Shown here in pieces: positions 9,767 through 22,638 of a stretch of 64,000 bases of DNA (position 1 is its first letter; the number at the start of each line of letters is the position of its first letter). Source of the stretch: Candidatus Polarisedimenticolaceae bacterium (GTDB lineage: Bacteria; Acidobacteriota; Polarisedimenticolia; Polarisedimenticolales; DASRJG01); assembly GCA_035649595.1 (NCBI GenBank), contig DASRJG010000082.1:10141-74140 (forward strand), given 5' to 3'. The position numbers and the translations under genes are program-made. Under the pieces are notes generated by a model. That model had not been told where the DNA came from. It did not search any database and worked only from the letters and a program-made list of their open reading frames with translations.

Positions 9767-10927
9767 ATGAAGCGACTCTCCCTCCTCGGCTCGACCGGCT
9801 CGATCGGGAGATCGACCCTCGACGTGGTCGATGCCCATCCGGACGAGCTGCGCGTCGCGGCGCTGGCCGGCGGCCGGAACGTGGAACGGCTCGCCTCTCA
9901 GGCGGCGAAGCACCGGCCCGAGCTGGTCGCGGTCGCCGACGAGGCCGCGGGCCGCGCGCTCGCGCAGCGCGTGCCGAAGGGGACGCGCGTCGTCCACGGC
10001 CGCGACGGGTTGATCGAGGCCGCCCGCCTCGCCGGCGCCGACATGGTCGTGTGCGGCCTCGTCGGCGCGGTCGGAATCGAGCCGACCTACGCCGCGGTGG
10101 ACGCAGGCAAGGACATCGCGCTCGCCAACAAAGAGGCGCTCGTCGCGGCCGGTGCGTTCGTCATCCGCCGCGCCGCCGAGACCGGCGCCGCGATCCTCCC
10201 GGTCGACAGCGAGCACAACGCGCTGCACCAGTGCCTCCGAGGCGAGGACCCGGCCGAGGTCGCGGCGATCTGGCTCACCGCCTCCGGCGGGCCGTTCCGC
10301 ACCTGGTCGCGCGAGGCGATGGCGGCGGCGACCCCCGAGCAGGCGCTCGCGCATCCGACCTGGACGATGGGGCGGAAGATCACGATCGACTCCGCGACCC
10401 TGATGAACAAGGGGCTCGAGGTGATCGAGGCGCGATGGCTCTTCGGCGTCGGCCCCGACCGCATCCGGGTCGTCGTGCACCCCGGGAGCGTGGTGCACGC
10501 GCTCGTCGAGCTGGTCGACGGGTCGTGGAAGGCGCAGCTCGGAGCGGCGGACATGCGCCACCCGATCCAGTACGCGCTGACCTATCCCCGGCGCCTCCCC
10601 GCCCCGGTCGCTCGGTTCGACCCGGCGCGGGTCGCGCCGCTCGCGTTCGAGCCGGTGGACGCCGATCGCTTCCCGTGCGTCGGTCTCGCGTACGAGGCGC
10701 TGGAGCACGGCGGGGCGGCGCCGGCCGTCCTCAACGCCGCGAACGAGGTCGCGGTCGAGGCGTTCCTCGCGGGCCGCGCCGGCTTCTTCGACATCCCGGC
10801 CGCCGTCCGCGCGGCGCTCGACCGCCACGCCGGCCTGCCCGCGGGCACCCTGGACGATATCCTCGCCGCCGACAGGCTCGCGCGCGCCTCGGCGTCGGAG
10901 GCCCTCGCGATCGGAGTCAAGCCGTGA
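9767..10927 (+). CDS. dxr: 1-deoxy-D-xylulose-5-phosphate reductoisomerase
   Basis: LGSTGSIGRSTLDV, LANKEALV, DSEHNALHQC and NKGLEVIEA motifs. Confidence 0.93.
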   Translation: MKRLSLLGSTGSIGRSTLDVVDAHPDELRVAALAGGRNVERLASQAAKHRPELVAVADEAAGRALAQRVPKGTRVVHGRDGLIEAARLAGADMVVCGLVGAVGIEPTYAAVDAGKDIALANKEALVAAGAFVIRRAAETGAAILPVDSEHNALHQCLRGEDPAEVAAIWLTASGGPFRTWSREAMAAATPEQALAHPTWTMGRKITIDSATLMNKGLEVIEARWLFGVGPDRIRVVVHPGSVVHALVELVDGSWKAQLGAADMRHPIQYALTYPRRLPAPVARFDPARVAPLAFEPVDADRFPCVGLAYEALEHGGAAPAVLNAANEVAVEAFLAGRAGFFDIPAAVRAALDRHAGLPAGTLDDILAADRLARASASEALAIGVKP

Positions 10928-12252
10928 GTCAAGCGCTGCAGCTCATCGAGACGATCCTCTCGTTCATCGTCGTGCTCGGGATCCTCGTCTTCGTCCACGA
11001 GTTCGGCCACTTCATCATTGCGAAGGGGTTCCGGATCGGAGTCCCGGTCTTTTCGCTCGGGTTCGGCCCCAGGCTGTGGGGCTTCCGCCGCAGGGAGACC
11101 GACTACCGCGTGTCCGCGGTCCCGCTCGGCGGGTACGTGCGGATGGCGGGGGACGAGTCCGACGAGTCGCGGACCGGCGGGCCCGAGGAGTTCCTCTCGC
11201 GCCCGCGGTGGCAGCGGTTCCTGGTGTTCGTCGCGGGGGCGACGTTCAACATCATCCTCGCGATCGCGGTGATGACCGGCGTGTTCACGATCTGGGGGCG
11301 CGACGTCGTCGTCCGCCCCGAGACCTATCCGACGGTCGTGGACGTGGTCGAAGGGTCGGACGCCGCCGGGGCCGGCATCCGTGCGGGGGACCGGGTCGTC
11401 AGCATCGCGGGGCGCGACGCGCGCGACCAGGAGACCGAGGTCGACGAGATCGTGCTCTCGCCGGACCAGACCAAGCCGGTGTTGATCGAGCGTGAGGGTG
11501 TGCGGTCCACGCTGAGCATGAGGACCGGGCAAGATCCCGTCTACCACCTCGGCTCCCCCGGATGGAGGCTGGCGCAGGAGAACGGCCAGCCGCCGTCGGT
11601 GGACATGGTGCTCGGCGGCTCCCCGGCCGACGCGGCGGGGCTGAAGCGCGGAGACCGGATCGCGGCGATCGACGGCCACGCGCCGCAGGGGGAGCGCGAG
11701 CTCCGCGTGATGCTCGAGCAGAGCGCCGGGCGCGTCGTCACGCTGTCCGTGCTTCGCGAGGGGGTCGCGATGGCGATCCCGGTCACGCCGAAGGACGAGG
11801 GGGGACGCGGGAAGATCGGCGTCCTGTTCTCCGATGGGAACCGCGTGCACAAGGACCTGGCGTTCGGCGCCGCGCTGGCCGCGTCGCTCGATTACAACGC
11901 GGAGATCACGCGGAGCGTCTTCCAGACGCTGCAGCGCCTGATCCAGCGCAAGATCGGGATGCGCGCCTTCTCGGGCCCGATCGAGATCGCGCGGGTCTCG
12001 CGGGAAGCCGTGCGCGGCGCGGAGTCCTTCCTCACGTTCCTCGCGCTCATCAGCCTCCAGCTCGGGATCTTGAACCTCCTGCCGATCCCGGTGCTCGACG
12101 GCGGGCACATCCTGATCCTCGGTTTCGAGGGGCTCTTCCGGCGCGACTTCTCGGAGAAGCTGAAGGAGCGGGTCATGACCGCGGGGTTCGTGTTCCTGCT
12201 CGCGTTCTTCGCGGTGGTGATCTTCTACGACATCCTCAAGGCGAGGATGTAG
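10924..12252 (+). CDS. rseP: RIP metalloprotease (site-2 protease) RseP
   Basis: HEFGHFIIAK (HExxH) in TM1, two PDZ-like segments, and C-terminal NLLPIPVLDGGH. The GTG at 10924 overlaps the dxr stop (GTGA). Confidence 0.88.
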   Translation: MSQALQLIETILSFIVVLGILVFVHEFGHFIIAKGFRIGVPVFSLGFGPRLWGFRRRETDYRVSAVPLGGYVRMAGDESDESRTGGPEEFLSRPRWQRFLVFVAGATFNIILAIAVMTGVFTIWGRDVVVRPETYPTVVDVVEGSDAAGAGIRAGDRVVSIAGRDARDQETEVDEIVLSPDQTKPVLIEREGVRSTLSMRTGQDPVYHLGSPGWRLAQENGQPPSVDMVLGGSPADAAGLKRGDRIAAIDGHAPQGERELRVMLEQSAGRVVTLSVLREGVAMAIPVTPKDEGGRGKIGVLFSDGNRVHKDLAFGAALAASLDYNAEITRSVFQTLQRLIQRKIGMRAFSGPIEIARVSREAVRGAESFLTFLALISLQLGILNLLPIPVLDGGHILILGFEGLFRRDFSEKLKERVMTAGFVFLLAFFAVVIFYDILKARM

Positions 12253-12265
12253 CGGACGGGCCCTC

Positions 12266-13045
12266 GTGCGCGAGGTCCTCGAAGCGTTCCTCGACGAGAT
12301 CCGCGCCGGGCGGCGGGGCGTGCTCGCCACCATCGTCCGGGCCTCCGGCTCGACCCCGCGCACGGTCGGCGCCCGGATGCTCGTCCGGGCCGACGGGTCG
12401 GCCGAGGGAACGATCGGCGGCGGGGCGTTCGAGGCGATGGTCGCGGCCGACGCGCGCGCGATGCTGGCGAAGCCCGATCCGGCCCCCGAGGTCCGCCGCT
12501 ACGCCTTCACGGAGAGCGGCGATCACGCCCTCGGGATGGCCTGCGGGGGGACCGCCGAGGTGCTGCTCGAGGTCGGGGGCCGCGGCCCCCGGCTGATCGT
12601 CTTCGGCGCCGGGCACGTCGGCCTCGCGGTCGCGAGGCTCGCCGCCACGGTCGGGTTCGCCCCGGAGATCGTGGACGACCGTCCGGAGTTCTGCGCGGCC
12701 GCGCGCGAGGCGGGGGTCGGACGCGTCTTCGAGTGCGACGCCGAGCTCGCCTCGGGGCTTCCGCCGATCGACGCCGACTGCTACGTCGCTGTGCTCACGC
12801 GCTGCCATCGCACCGACCGGCTCGCGCTCGCACGCGTGATCGGCGTCCCTACCCGCTACCTCGGGCTGATCGGGAGCCGGAGGAAGCGCGCCGTGATCTT
12901 CCGCGAGCTCACGGAGCAGGGGGCCGCGACCGCCGCCGACCTCGAGCGCGTGCGCTGCCCGATCGGCCTTCCCCTCGGCGGCGAGACCCCCGAGGAGATC
13001 GCCGTGTCGATCGTCGCGGAGCTCCTCCAGATCCGGCACGCCTAG
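12266..13045 (+). CDS. XdhC/CoxI-family accessory protein
   Basis: N-terminal XdhC-like segment (VLATIVRASGSTPR) and Rossmann part (LIVFGAGHVGLAVARLA...IVDDRPEF). No xanthine dehydrogenase subunit genes nearby. Confidence 0.7.
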   Translation: MREVLEAFLDEIRAGRRGVLATIVRASGSTPRTVGARMLVRADGSAEGTIGGGAFEAMVAADARAMLAKPDPAPEVRRYAFTESGDHALGMACGGTAEVLLEVGGRGPRLIVFGAGHVGLAVARLAATVGFAPEIVDDRPEFCAAAREAGVGRVFECDAELASGLPPIDADCYVAVLTRCHRTDRLALARVIGVPTRYLGLIGSRRKRAVIFRELTEQGAATAADLERVRCPIGLPLGGETPEEIAVSIVAELLQIRHA

Positions 13046-13186
13046 CGGGCGTTCCGATCGGCGGACGATCGGACACCCCGCGGACGCCGAAACGGCGCCG
13101 GGACGCCCTCGCCTCGCGGGCACGCGTGTTGCCCTGGATCGCGGACGCCGCGCGCTCCTGCGCGGCCCAACATCCGGAGGGAACCC

Positions 13187-13510
13187 ATGCTCGTCCGCTC
13201 ACGACTCGTCGTCCCGCTCGCGCTCGCCGCGGCTCTCGTCCTCGCCGCGGCGCCTCCCGCGGCCGCCGCGCCGGCCTCCTCCTCCAAGCCCGCCTCCGCC
13301 GACGTCCGGCCGGTGGACATCAACGCGGCGGGGGCCGCCGAGCTCCAGTCGGTCCCCGGGATCGGCAAGGCGCTCGCCGAGCGCATCCTCGCCTTCCGCG
13401 AGAAGAACGGCGCGTTCGGGAGCGTGGACGATCTCCTGAAGGTCCAGGGGATCGGCGAGAAGTCGCTCCAGAAGCTCCGCCCCTACCTCACGGTCACCAA
13501 GGCGAAGTGA
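13187..13510 (+). CDS. ComEA-family helix-hairpin-helix DNA-binding protein
   Basis: Signal peptide followed by VDINAAGAAELQSVPGIGKALAERILAFREKNGAFGSVDDLLKVQGIGEKSL (tandem HhH). Confidence 0.75.
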   Translation: MLVRSRLVVPLALAAALVLAAAPPAAAAPASSSKPASADVRPVDINAAGAAELQSVPGIGKALAERILAFREKNGAFGSVDDLLKVQGIGEKSLQKLRPYLTVTKAK

Positions 13511-13517
13511 GCCTGCC

Positions 13518-14111
13518 GTGGCGGCGTCCAAGGGGTACACGCTCGTCGAGCTCCTGGCCGTGCTCGCGGTCGTGGCGATCGCCGTCGCGGTCGCGCTTCC
13601 GGCCGCGGCGACGCTCCGCGAGGCGGGGCGCGCCGCGGCCGGCGCGCGCACGATGGCGACGGTCCTGTCGGCGCAGCGGTGGAAGGGGATCGCCGGTCAC
13701 CGCACCCGCGGACTGCAGTTCCGGCGGACGGGCGCCGGCTGGAGCTGGCGCGAGGTCGCCGACGGGAACGGCAACGGGCTGCGCAGCGCTGAGATCGCCT
13801 CGGGCGTCGATGCGGTGCTCGGCCCCGACGCGCGGCTGGAGCAGCAGGTGGAGTTCGTGACGCTCGGCTTCCCGCCGGGCGGCCCGTTCCCGGAGGCGCC
13901 CCCCGGACGTCAGATGCTCGCGGCGGGGGACGACCCGGTGCGCTTCGGTCGCTCGAGCCTCATCTCGTTCAGCCCGGTCGGGAGCGCCTCGAGCGGCACG
14001 CTCTACGTCACCGACGGCCGCGCCGGTCTCTACGCCGTGGTCCTGTTCGGCCCGACGGCGCGGCTCAGGGTCTGGCGGTGGAGGCCCGAGGAGCGGCGAT
14101 GGACGCTGTAG
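13518..14111 (+). CDS. Prepilin-type N-terminal cleavage/methylation domain protein (GspH/FimT-like pseudopilin)
   Basis: N-terminus KGYTLVELLAVLAVVAIAVAVALP is a class III signal. No other pilus or T2SS genes in the window. Confidence 0.65.
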   Translation: MAASKGYTLVELLAVLAVVAIAVAVALPAAATLREAGRAAAGARTMATVLSAQRWKGIAGHRTRGLQFRRTGAGWSWREVADGNGNGLRSAEIASGVDAVLGPDARLEQQVEFVTLGFPPGGPFPEAPPGRQMLAAGDDPVRFGRSSLISFSPVGSASSGTLYVTDGRAGLYAVVLFGPTARLRVWRWRPEERRWTL

Positions 14112-14458
14112 GCGAGCAGGGCGCCCGCCGCGTCCGCGCCTTCCGCGCGACCGATCAGTTCGCGCTCGCCGTGTGGCAGGCGGTCCGCGGCTTCGCGCGT
14201 CCCGAAGGGGAGAGCCTCGCGCGCGAGATCCGGACCGCGATCGCGCGCAGCGGCGGCGCCCTCGTGGCGGCGGCCTCGGCCCCGGAGGGGGACGCCCGGG
14301 GGCGGCGCGCGCTCGAGGACGCGCACCAGGGCCTGCTCGAGATCCGCTACTTCCTGTACCTCGCGCGGCGCCTGGGCTGCCTCGATCTGAAGGCGTACAA
14401 GCAGCTCGCGGCGCTCCAGGAGGCGGCGCTCCGCGAGCTGGCCCAGCTCCTCGGCTAG
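14099..14458 (+). CDS. Four-helix-bundle protein (23S rRNA intervening-sequence protein / Avd-like family)
   Basis: Pattern FRATDQFALAVWQAV...LAREIRTAIARSGGALV...EIRYFLYLARRLG fits the TIGR02436-type helical bundle. Start uncertain (14078 or 14099). Confidence 0.6.
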   Translation: MDAVGEQGARRVRAFRATDQFALAVWQAVRGFARPEGESLAREIRTAIARSGGALVAAASAPEGDARGRRALEDAHQGLLEIRYFLYLARRLGCLDLKAYKQLAALQEAALRELAQLLG

Positions 14459-14477
14459 GTGGTAGCCTACGCGCCCT

Positions 14478-15266
14478 ATGGCGCGCGCTCTCCTCGCGGT
14501 CGCCTTGGCCGTACATCTCGTCGGAATCGCGCTCGCCGCCGTCGGCGAGCTGCGTCATCGAGAAGCCGTCGCGCGGGCGGGGGCGCTCGCGCTCGCGGCC
14601 GCGTGGCTGCTCGAGCTCGCGACGCTCACCGCGATCGGACTCGCCGCGTCGGCGTTTCCCCTCCGCACCGGGCCGGAGTACCTGCTCGTGCTCGGCTGGT
14701 TCGTCCTCACGCTGCACCTCGCGCTCTGGTACCGCTCGCGCGTGCGTGCCGCCGCCCTCGTTCTGCCGCCGGTCGCGGCGCTGATGGTCCTCGCCGGCTT
14801 CCTCCTCGCCGACCCTCCGTCGCGCACCTCGCCGCTGACGACCCAGGGATGGTTCGTCTTCCACACGTCGATCGCGACCGCGGGGGTCGCCGCGCTCGCG
14901 GTGTCGTTCGCGATGAGTCTGCTCTTCCTCGTCAAGGAGCGGGCGCTCAAGACCAAGCGGTCGCTCCGCGTGCTGACCGCGCTCCCGACGCTGGAGGCGC
15001 TCGACCGCATCGGGTTCCAGGCGCTCCTCTACGGCTTTCCGCTCCTGACGCTCGGCATCGCGACCGGGATGGTCTACAGCGCGACCGTGCACGACCACAT
15101 CTGGATCTGGGGGGCCAAGGAGATCTTCCCCGTCATCGCGTGGGCGGTGTTCGCGGGGCTGCTCTGGGCCCGATTCGCCCGCGGGGTCCGCGGCCGCCGC
15201 TCGGCGATCCTCGCCATCGCGGGGTTCGCCTTCGCGCTCCTGACCTTCGTCGGGATGGTCCGCTGA
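14478..15266 (+). CDS. CcsA/HemX-like cytochrome c assembly family membrane protein
   Basis: Eight predicted TM helices and a Trp-rich segment (HIWIWGAKEIFPVIAWAVFAGLLWARF). The position directly upstream of hemA matches Bacillus hemX. Confidence 0.6.
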   Translation: MARALLAVALAVHLVGIALAAVGELRHREAVARAGALALAAAWLLELATLTAIGLAASAFPLRTGPEYLLVLGWFVLTLHLALWYRSRVRAAALVLPPVAALMVLAGFLLADPPSRTSPLTTQGWFVFHTSIATAGVAALAVSFAMSLLFLVKERALKTKRSLRVLTALPTLEALDRIGFQALLYGFPLLTLGIATGMVYSATVHDHIWIWGAKEIFPVIAWAVFAGLLWARFARGVRGRRSAILAIAGFAFALLTFVGMVR

Positions 15267-16594
15267 TGCTCACGCTCGTCGGCATGAGCCACAAGAGCGC
15301 GCCCCTCGACCTCCGCGAGCGCGCCTGCTTCGCCGAGAACGCCGTCCCGGACGCCCTCGCGCGCCTGCTGGCCTCGACGACCGTCTCGGAGGCGATGATC
15401 CTCGCCACGTGCAACCGCGTGGAGATCCTCTGCCGGACCGCCGACGGCGGAGTCGCGGCCCCGGCCGTGACCGCGTTCCTCGCGCGGGAGCGCGGCATCG
15501 AGCTTCCGGTCCTCGAGCGGCACCTCTACGTGCGCGAGGGGCTCCACGCGGCGCGCCATCTGTACGCGGTGGCCTGCGGTCTCGACTCGATGATCCTCGG
15601 GGAGCCGCAGATCCTGGGACAGGTCAAGCGCGCGTACGCCGTCGCGCGGGGGTGCGGGGCGACCGGCGTCGTCCTCGACCGGCTGCTCCAGCACGGGATC
15701 GCCGCGGCCAAGCGCGTCCGCACCGCGACCGGGATCTCGCGACACGCCGTCTCGATCGCCTACGCCGCCGCCACGCTCGCGCGGACGATCTTCGACGACC
15801 TGAGCGGGCGCTCGGCGCTCGTGCTGGGCGCGGGGAAGATGACGGAGCTGGCCGCGCGGCATCTGGTCTCCCAGGGGGTCCGCGATCTCGTCGTGACCAA
15901 CCGCACGTACAGCCGCGCCCTCCAGCTGGCGGAGGCGCTCGGCGGGACGTCCGTGGCGTGGGACACCTTCGGCGAGGAGCTGGCGCGCGTGGACATCGTG
16001 GTGACCGGCACCGCCGCCGCGCATCCGGTCGTCACGAGGGCGCAGGTCCGCGAGGCGGTGCGCGCGCGGCGCGGCCGCCCGCTGTTCATCGTCGACATCG
16101 CGGTGCCCCGCGACGTCGAGCCGGCGGTGGGGGAGCTGGACGGCGTCTACCTGTACGACGTGGACGACCTCCAGGGGGCGGTGGACGCCGCGATGGACGA
16201 GCGGCGCCGCGCGGCGGAGGAGGCGTGGAGGATGCTCGACGTCGAGGTCGTCGCGTTCGATCGCTGGCGCCAATCGGTGGACCTGGGGCCGACGATCGCC
16301 GCCCTCTCCGGCCGGCTGCACGCGCTCGGTGAGGACGAGCTCCGCCGCTTCGCGCGGCGTCTCGCCGGCCTCTCCCCCGAGCAGCAGGCGGTCGTTCGCG
16401 ACCTGGCCCGCTCGCTGATCCAGAAGGTGCTCCACACCCCGATCGTCTCGCTGAAGTCCGCCGCGGTCCGCGGCGAAGCCTCGGCCCGCGCGGCGCTCTA
16501 CCGCGAGATCTTCGGGCTCGACGATCCCCGCCCGGACGCGGAGGGCTCGGGGACCGGGCCGACCCACGCGATCCAGGGCGGCAAGGACGACTGA
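15266..16594 (+). CDS. hemA: Glutamyl-tRNA reductase
   Basis: MLTLVGMSHKSAPLDLRE, ILATCNRVEI (catalytic Cys), LGAGKMTEL NADPH site and FIVDIAVPRD. The ATG shares one nucleotide with the upstream TGA. Confidence 0.92.
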   Translation: MLTLVGMSHKSAPLDLRERACFAENAVPDALARLLASTTVSEAMILATCNRVEILCRTADGGVAAPAVTAFLARERGIELPVLERHLYVREGLHAARHLYAVACGLDSMILGEPQILGQVKRAYAVARGCGATGVVLDRLLQHGIAAAKRVRTATGISRHAVSIAYAAATLARTIFDDLSGRSALVLGAGKMTELAARHLVSQGVRDLVVTNRTYSRALQLAEALGGTSVAWDTFGEELARVDIVVTGTAAAHPVVTRAQVREAVRARRGRPLFIVDIAVPRDVEPAVGELDGVYLYDVDDLQGAVDAAMDERRRAAEEAWRMLDVEVVAFDRWRQSVDLGPTIAALSGRLHALGEDELRRFARRLAGLSPEQQAVVRDLARSLIQKVLHTPIVSLKSAAVRGEASARAALYREIFGLDDPRPDAEGSGTGPTHAIQGGKDD

Positions 16595-16597
16595 CCC

Positions 16598-17491
16598 GTG
16601 AGGCTCCGTCTCGGATCGCGCGGCTCACCGCTCGCCCTCTGGCAATCGCGCCACGTCGCCGAGCGCCTCGAGACGCGCTGGCCCGGGCTTTCGATCGCGA
16701 TCGAGATCATCAAGACCGAAGGGGACATGCACCTCTCGCTCTCCCCGGCCGAGGGGGGCGGGAAGGGGATCTTCGTCAAGGAGATCGAGGACGCCCTGCT
16801 CGCCGGGAGGATCGACCTCGCGGTGCACAGCCTCAAGGATCTGCCGACCGCCTCCCCGGTCGGGCTCTCGATCGCCGCGATCCCCGTCCGCCACGACCCG
16901 CGGGACGCGCTCGTCTCGCCCGCGGCGCGCCGGGTCGAGGATCTCCCCGCCGCCGCCGTCGTGGCGACCGGGAGCCCGCGGCGCCGGTGCCAGGTCCTGC
17001 ACGTGCGTCCCGACCTCGCGTTCACGGCGGTGCGGGGGAACGTGGACACGCGACTGCGCAAGCTCTCCGAGGGGAGGTTCGACGCGCTCGTGCTCGCGGT
17101 CGCCGGCCTCGAGCGCCTCGGCCTCGACGCGCCGTACGCGCCGATCCCGACGGACGTCTGCCTGCCCGCGCCGGGGCAAGGGGCGCTCGCGATCCAGGCG
17201 CGCGCGGACGACGCCGCCACGCGCGCGAAGGTCGTGCCCCTCGACGATCCGAGCGCCTCCGCCGAGGTCGCCGCGGAGCGCGCCTTCCTCGCGGAGCTGG
17301 AGGCGGGATGCCTCGCGCCGGCGGCCGCGCTCGGCCGGACCGAGGGCGCGTCGCTCGCGCTCGAGGGGATGATCGGAGACCCCGACGGACGCTCGATCGT
17401 CCGCGGTCTCGAGCGCGGCGAGCGTCGCGAAGCCGAGACGCTCGGCCGGCGCCTCGCGCGGCGGCTGCTCGCGGAGGAAGGCCGGCGATGA
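16598..17491 (+). CDS. hemC: Hydroxymethylbilane synthase (porphobilinogen deaminase)
   Basis: LRLGSRGSPLALWQ, IKTEGD, AVHSLKDLP, RGNVDTRLRKL and the C-terminal dipyrromethane Cys region (LEAGCLAP). Confidence 0.92.
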   Translation: MRLRLGSRGSPLALWQSRHVAERLETRWPGLSIAIEIIKTEGDMHLSLSPAEGGGKGIFVKEIEDALLAGRIDLAVHSLKDLPTASPVGLSIAAIPVRHDPRDALVSPAARRVEDLPAAAVVATGSPRRRCQVLHVRPDLAFTAVRGNVDTRLRKLSEGRFDALVLAVAGLERLGLDAPYAPIPTDVCLPAPGQGALAIQARADDAATRAKVVPLDDPSASAEVAAERAFLAELEAGCLAPAAALGRTEGASLALEGMIGDPDGRSIVRGLERGERREAETLGRRLARRLLAEEGRR

Positions 17492-18255
17492 GGATCCTCG
17501 TCACCCGGCCGCCGGGCGCCTGGCCCGGGCTCGCCGCGCGCTTCCCGGAGTCCCGGGTCGCGATCACGATGGCCCCGACCACGATCCAGGTCGAGCCGCA
17601 GGACCCGGTCCCGGGGGACGAGGCGATCGCGCGGCTCGACAGCTACGACTGGCTGGTCGTCACGAGCGGGCAAGGGGTGCGCGCCCTGGTGCTCAAGCTC
17701 GCCGCGCGGGACCGCACGCGCCTCCCCGCGAGGATGCGCGTGGCCGCGGTCGGCTCCGCGACGGCGCGCGCACTCGAGGGGATGGGGGCGCACGTCGAGC
17801 TCACGGCGTCGGATCAGCGCGCGGAGGGGCTCGCGAGCGAGATGCGCGACCGCCTCCGCCCGGCCTCGCGCGTCGTGCTCGTGCGTCCCGAGGGGCCCGC
17901 CGGCCTGCTCGCGGCCTCCCTGCGCGCGGCGGGGGCGCACGTGGACGAGGCTCCTCTCTACCGCACCGTCGCCGCGCCGAACGCCCACGCGCTCGCGCGA
18001 GCCGTCCTCTCGGGGGCCTACGACGCGGTCGTCTTCACGGCTCCGTCCGCCCTGCAGCTCTGGCTGGAGGCCGCGGGCCCGGATCGCGCCGCGCTGGCGG
18101 AGGCGCTCGCGCGCATGGCGCGGGTCGCGATCGGGCCGACGACCGCGGCGCACCTCCAGGCCCACGGACTTTCCGCGGACGCGGTCGCGGCCGCTCCCAC
18201 GGAGGAGGCGGTGGGCGACGCGATCGCGCGCGTCCTCGCGCGCGCGACCTGGTAA
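17488..18255 (+). CDS. hemD: Uroporphyrinogen-III synthase
   Basis: MRILVTRP start, two-lobed HemD-like repeat (WLVVTSGQGVRAL / AVVFTAPSALQ), and position after hemC with an ATGA overlap. Confidence 0.75.
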   Translation: MRILVTRPPGAWPGLAARFPESRVAITMAPTTIQVEPQDPVPGDEAIARLDSYDWLVVTSGQGVRALVLKLAARDRTRLPARMRVAAVGSATARALEGMGAHVELTASDQRAEGLASEMRDRLRPASRVVLVRPEGPAGLLAASLRAAGAHVDEAPLYRTVAAPNAHALARAVLSGAYDAVVFTAPSALQLWLEAAGPDRAALAEALARMARVAIGPTTAAHLQAHGLSADAVAAAPTEEAVGDAIARVLARATW

Positions 18256-18282
18256 GATGCCGCGCTTCGCGAGGAGCCCCCG

Positions 18283-19386
18283 TTGGACGATCGCGCGCTC
18301 AAGACCACGCCCCTGAACCGCGCGCACCGCGCGGCCGGAGCGCGCATGGTGGCGTTCGCGGGCTGGGACATGCCGGTGCAGTACACCGGCGTGCTCGACG
18401 AGCACATGGCGGTCCGCACGCAAGCCGGGCTCTTCGACGTCAGCCACATGGGGGAGATCGAGGTGCGGGGAGCCGAGGCGGAGGCGCTCCTCCAGCACGT
18501 GACCTCGAACGACGTCTCGAGGCTCGCCTCCGGACGGATCCAGTACACGGCGCTCACGACACCGGAGGGGACCTTCGTCGACGACCTGCTCGTCTACGAG
18601 CGCGGGGACGCCGACTACCTCCTCGTCGTCAACGCCGGCAACGCCGCGAAGGACTTCGACTGGCTGCGCTACCACGCGAAGGGGTTCGAGGTCCGCGTCG
18701 AGAACGTGTCCGACGCGTACTTCCAGATCGCGCTCCAGGGACCGAAGGCGGAAGCGATCCTGAAGCCGTTGACGAAGGCGGCGCTCCCCGGGATCAAGTA
18801 CTACGCGTTCGAGCGGGCCGACGTCTCCGGAGTGCCGTGCCTCGTCTCCCGGACCGGGTACACCGGAGAGGACGGGTTCGAGATCTACGGACCGGCCGAG
18901 GCGGCGGAGAAGGTCTGGTACGCGCTCCTCGGGAGCGGCGCCCCGCACGGGCTCGTCCCCGCCGGCCTCGCGGCGCGGGACACGCTGCGCCTCGAGGCGA
19001 AGATGGCGCTCTACGGGAACGACATCGACGAGACGACGAGCGTGCTCGAGGCCGACCTCGGCTGGATCCTGAAGCTCGAGAAGGGGGAGTTCCTCGGGCG
19101 CGAGGCGCTCGTGCGCCAGAAGGGCGAGGGGCTCGCGCGCAAGCTCGTGGGGTTCGAGACAGAAGGGCGCGCGGTCGCGCGCCACGGGTACCCGGTCCTC
19201 CACGAGGGGAGCCCGGTCGGGAGCGTCACCAGCGGGACCTTCTCCCCGTACCTGAAGAAGAACATCGGGCTCGCCTATCTGCCGCTCGCCCTCGCGACGC
19301 CGGGGACGCGCTTCGCGATCGAGATCCGCGGACGCGCCGAGCCCGCGGTCGTCGTCCCGACGCCGTTCTACAAGCGCGCCCGCTAG
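18283..19386 (+). CDS. gcvT: Glycine cleavage system aminomethyltransferase T
   Basis: FAGWDMPVQY, GLFDVSHMGE and SRTGYTGEDGFEI motifs. TTG start with a GAGGAG RBS at 18271. Confidence 0.93.
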   Translation: MDDRALKTTPLNRAHRAAGARMVAFAGWDMPVQYTGVLDEHMAVRTQAGLFDVSHMGEIEVRGAEAEALLQHVTSNDVSRLASGRIQYTALTTPEGTFVDDLLVYERGDADYLLVVNAGNAAKDFDWLRYHAKGFEVRVENVSDAYFQIALQGPKAEAILKPLTKAALPGIKYYAFERADVSGVPCLVSRTGYTGEDGFEIYGPAEAAEKVWYALLGSGAPHGLVPAGLAARDTLRLEAKMALYGNDIDETTSVLEADLGWILKLEKGEFLGREALVRQKGEGLARKLVGFETEGRAVARHGYPVLHEGSPVGSVTSGTFSPYLKKNIGLAYLPLALATPGTRFAIEIRGRAEPAVVVPTPFYKRAR

Positions 19387-19399
19387 ACGGAGGCCCAGG

Positions 19400-19773
19400 A
19401 TGAGCCCGAGCGACCTGCGTTACACGAAGGAGCACGAGTGGGTGGCGGTGGACGGCGCCGCCGCGACGATCGGGATCACCGACTTCGCGCAGGCGGAGCT
19501 CGGGGACATCGTCTACGTCGAGCTCCCCGAGGTCGGGCGGAAGGTGGCCGCCGGCGACGTGCTCGGCACGATCGAGTCGGTCAAGGCGGTGTCGGAGATC
19601 TACGCGCCGGTGTCGGGCACCGTGTCCGAGATCAACGCGTCGCTCGCCCAGAAGCCGGAGACGATCAACACCGACGCGCAGGGGGCCGGGTGGATCTGCA
19701 AGATCGCGCTCGCCGATCCCCGCGAGGCGGCTTCGTTGATGGACGCCGCGGCCTACCGCGCCCTCACCGGGGG

Positions 19774-19777
<4 letters not shown>
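19400..19777 (+). CDS. gcvH: Glycine cleavage system H protein
   Basis: YTKEHEWV and the lipoyl-lysine motif [15 protein letters not shown]. Confidence 0.93.
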
Positions 19778-22623
<2,846 letters not shown>

Positions 22624-22638
22624 CGGCGCGTTAGCGTA

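Noticed and set aside
14099-14458. The Avd-like four-helix-bundle gene as a marker of a diversity-generating retroelement
   Set aside because: No reverse transcriptase ORF and no template/variable repeat pair is visible within many kb. This family is also common outside DGRs.
18256-18282. A glycine riboswitch upstream of gcvT
   Set aside because: Only 27 nt separate hemD from the gcvT start, and they contain just an RBS. There is no room for the tandem aptamer.
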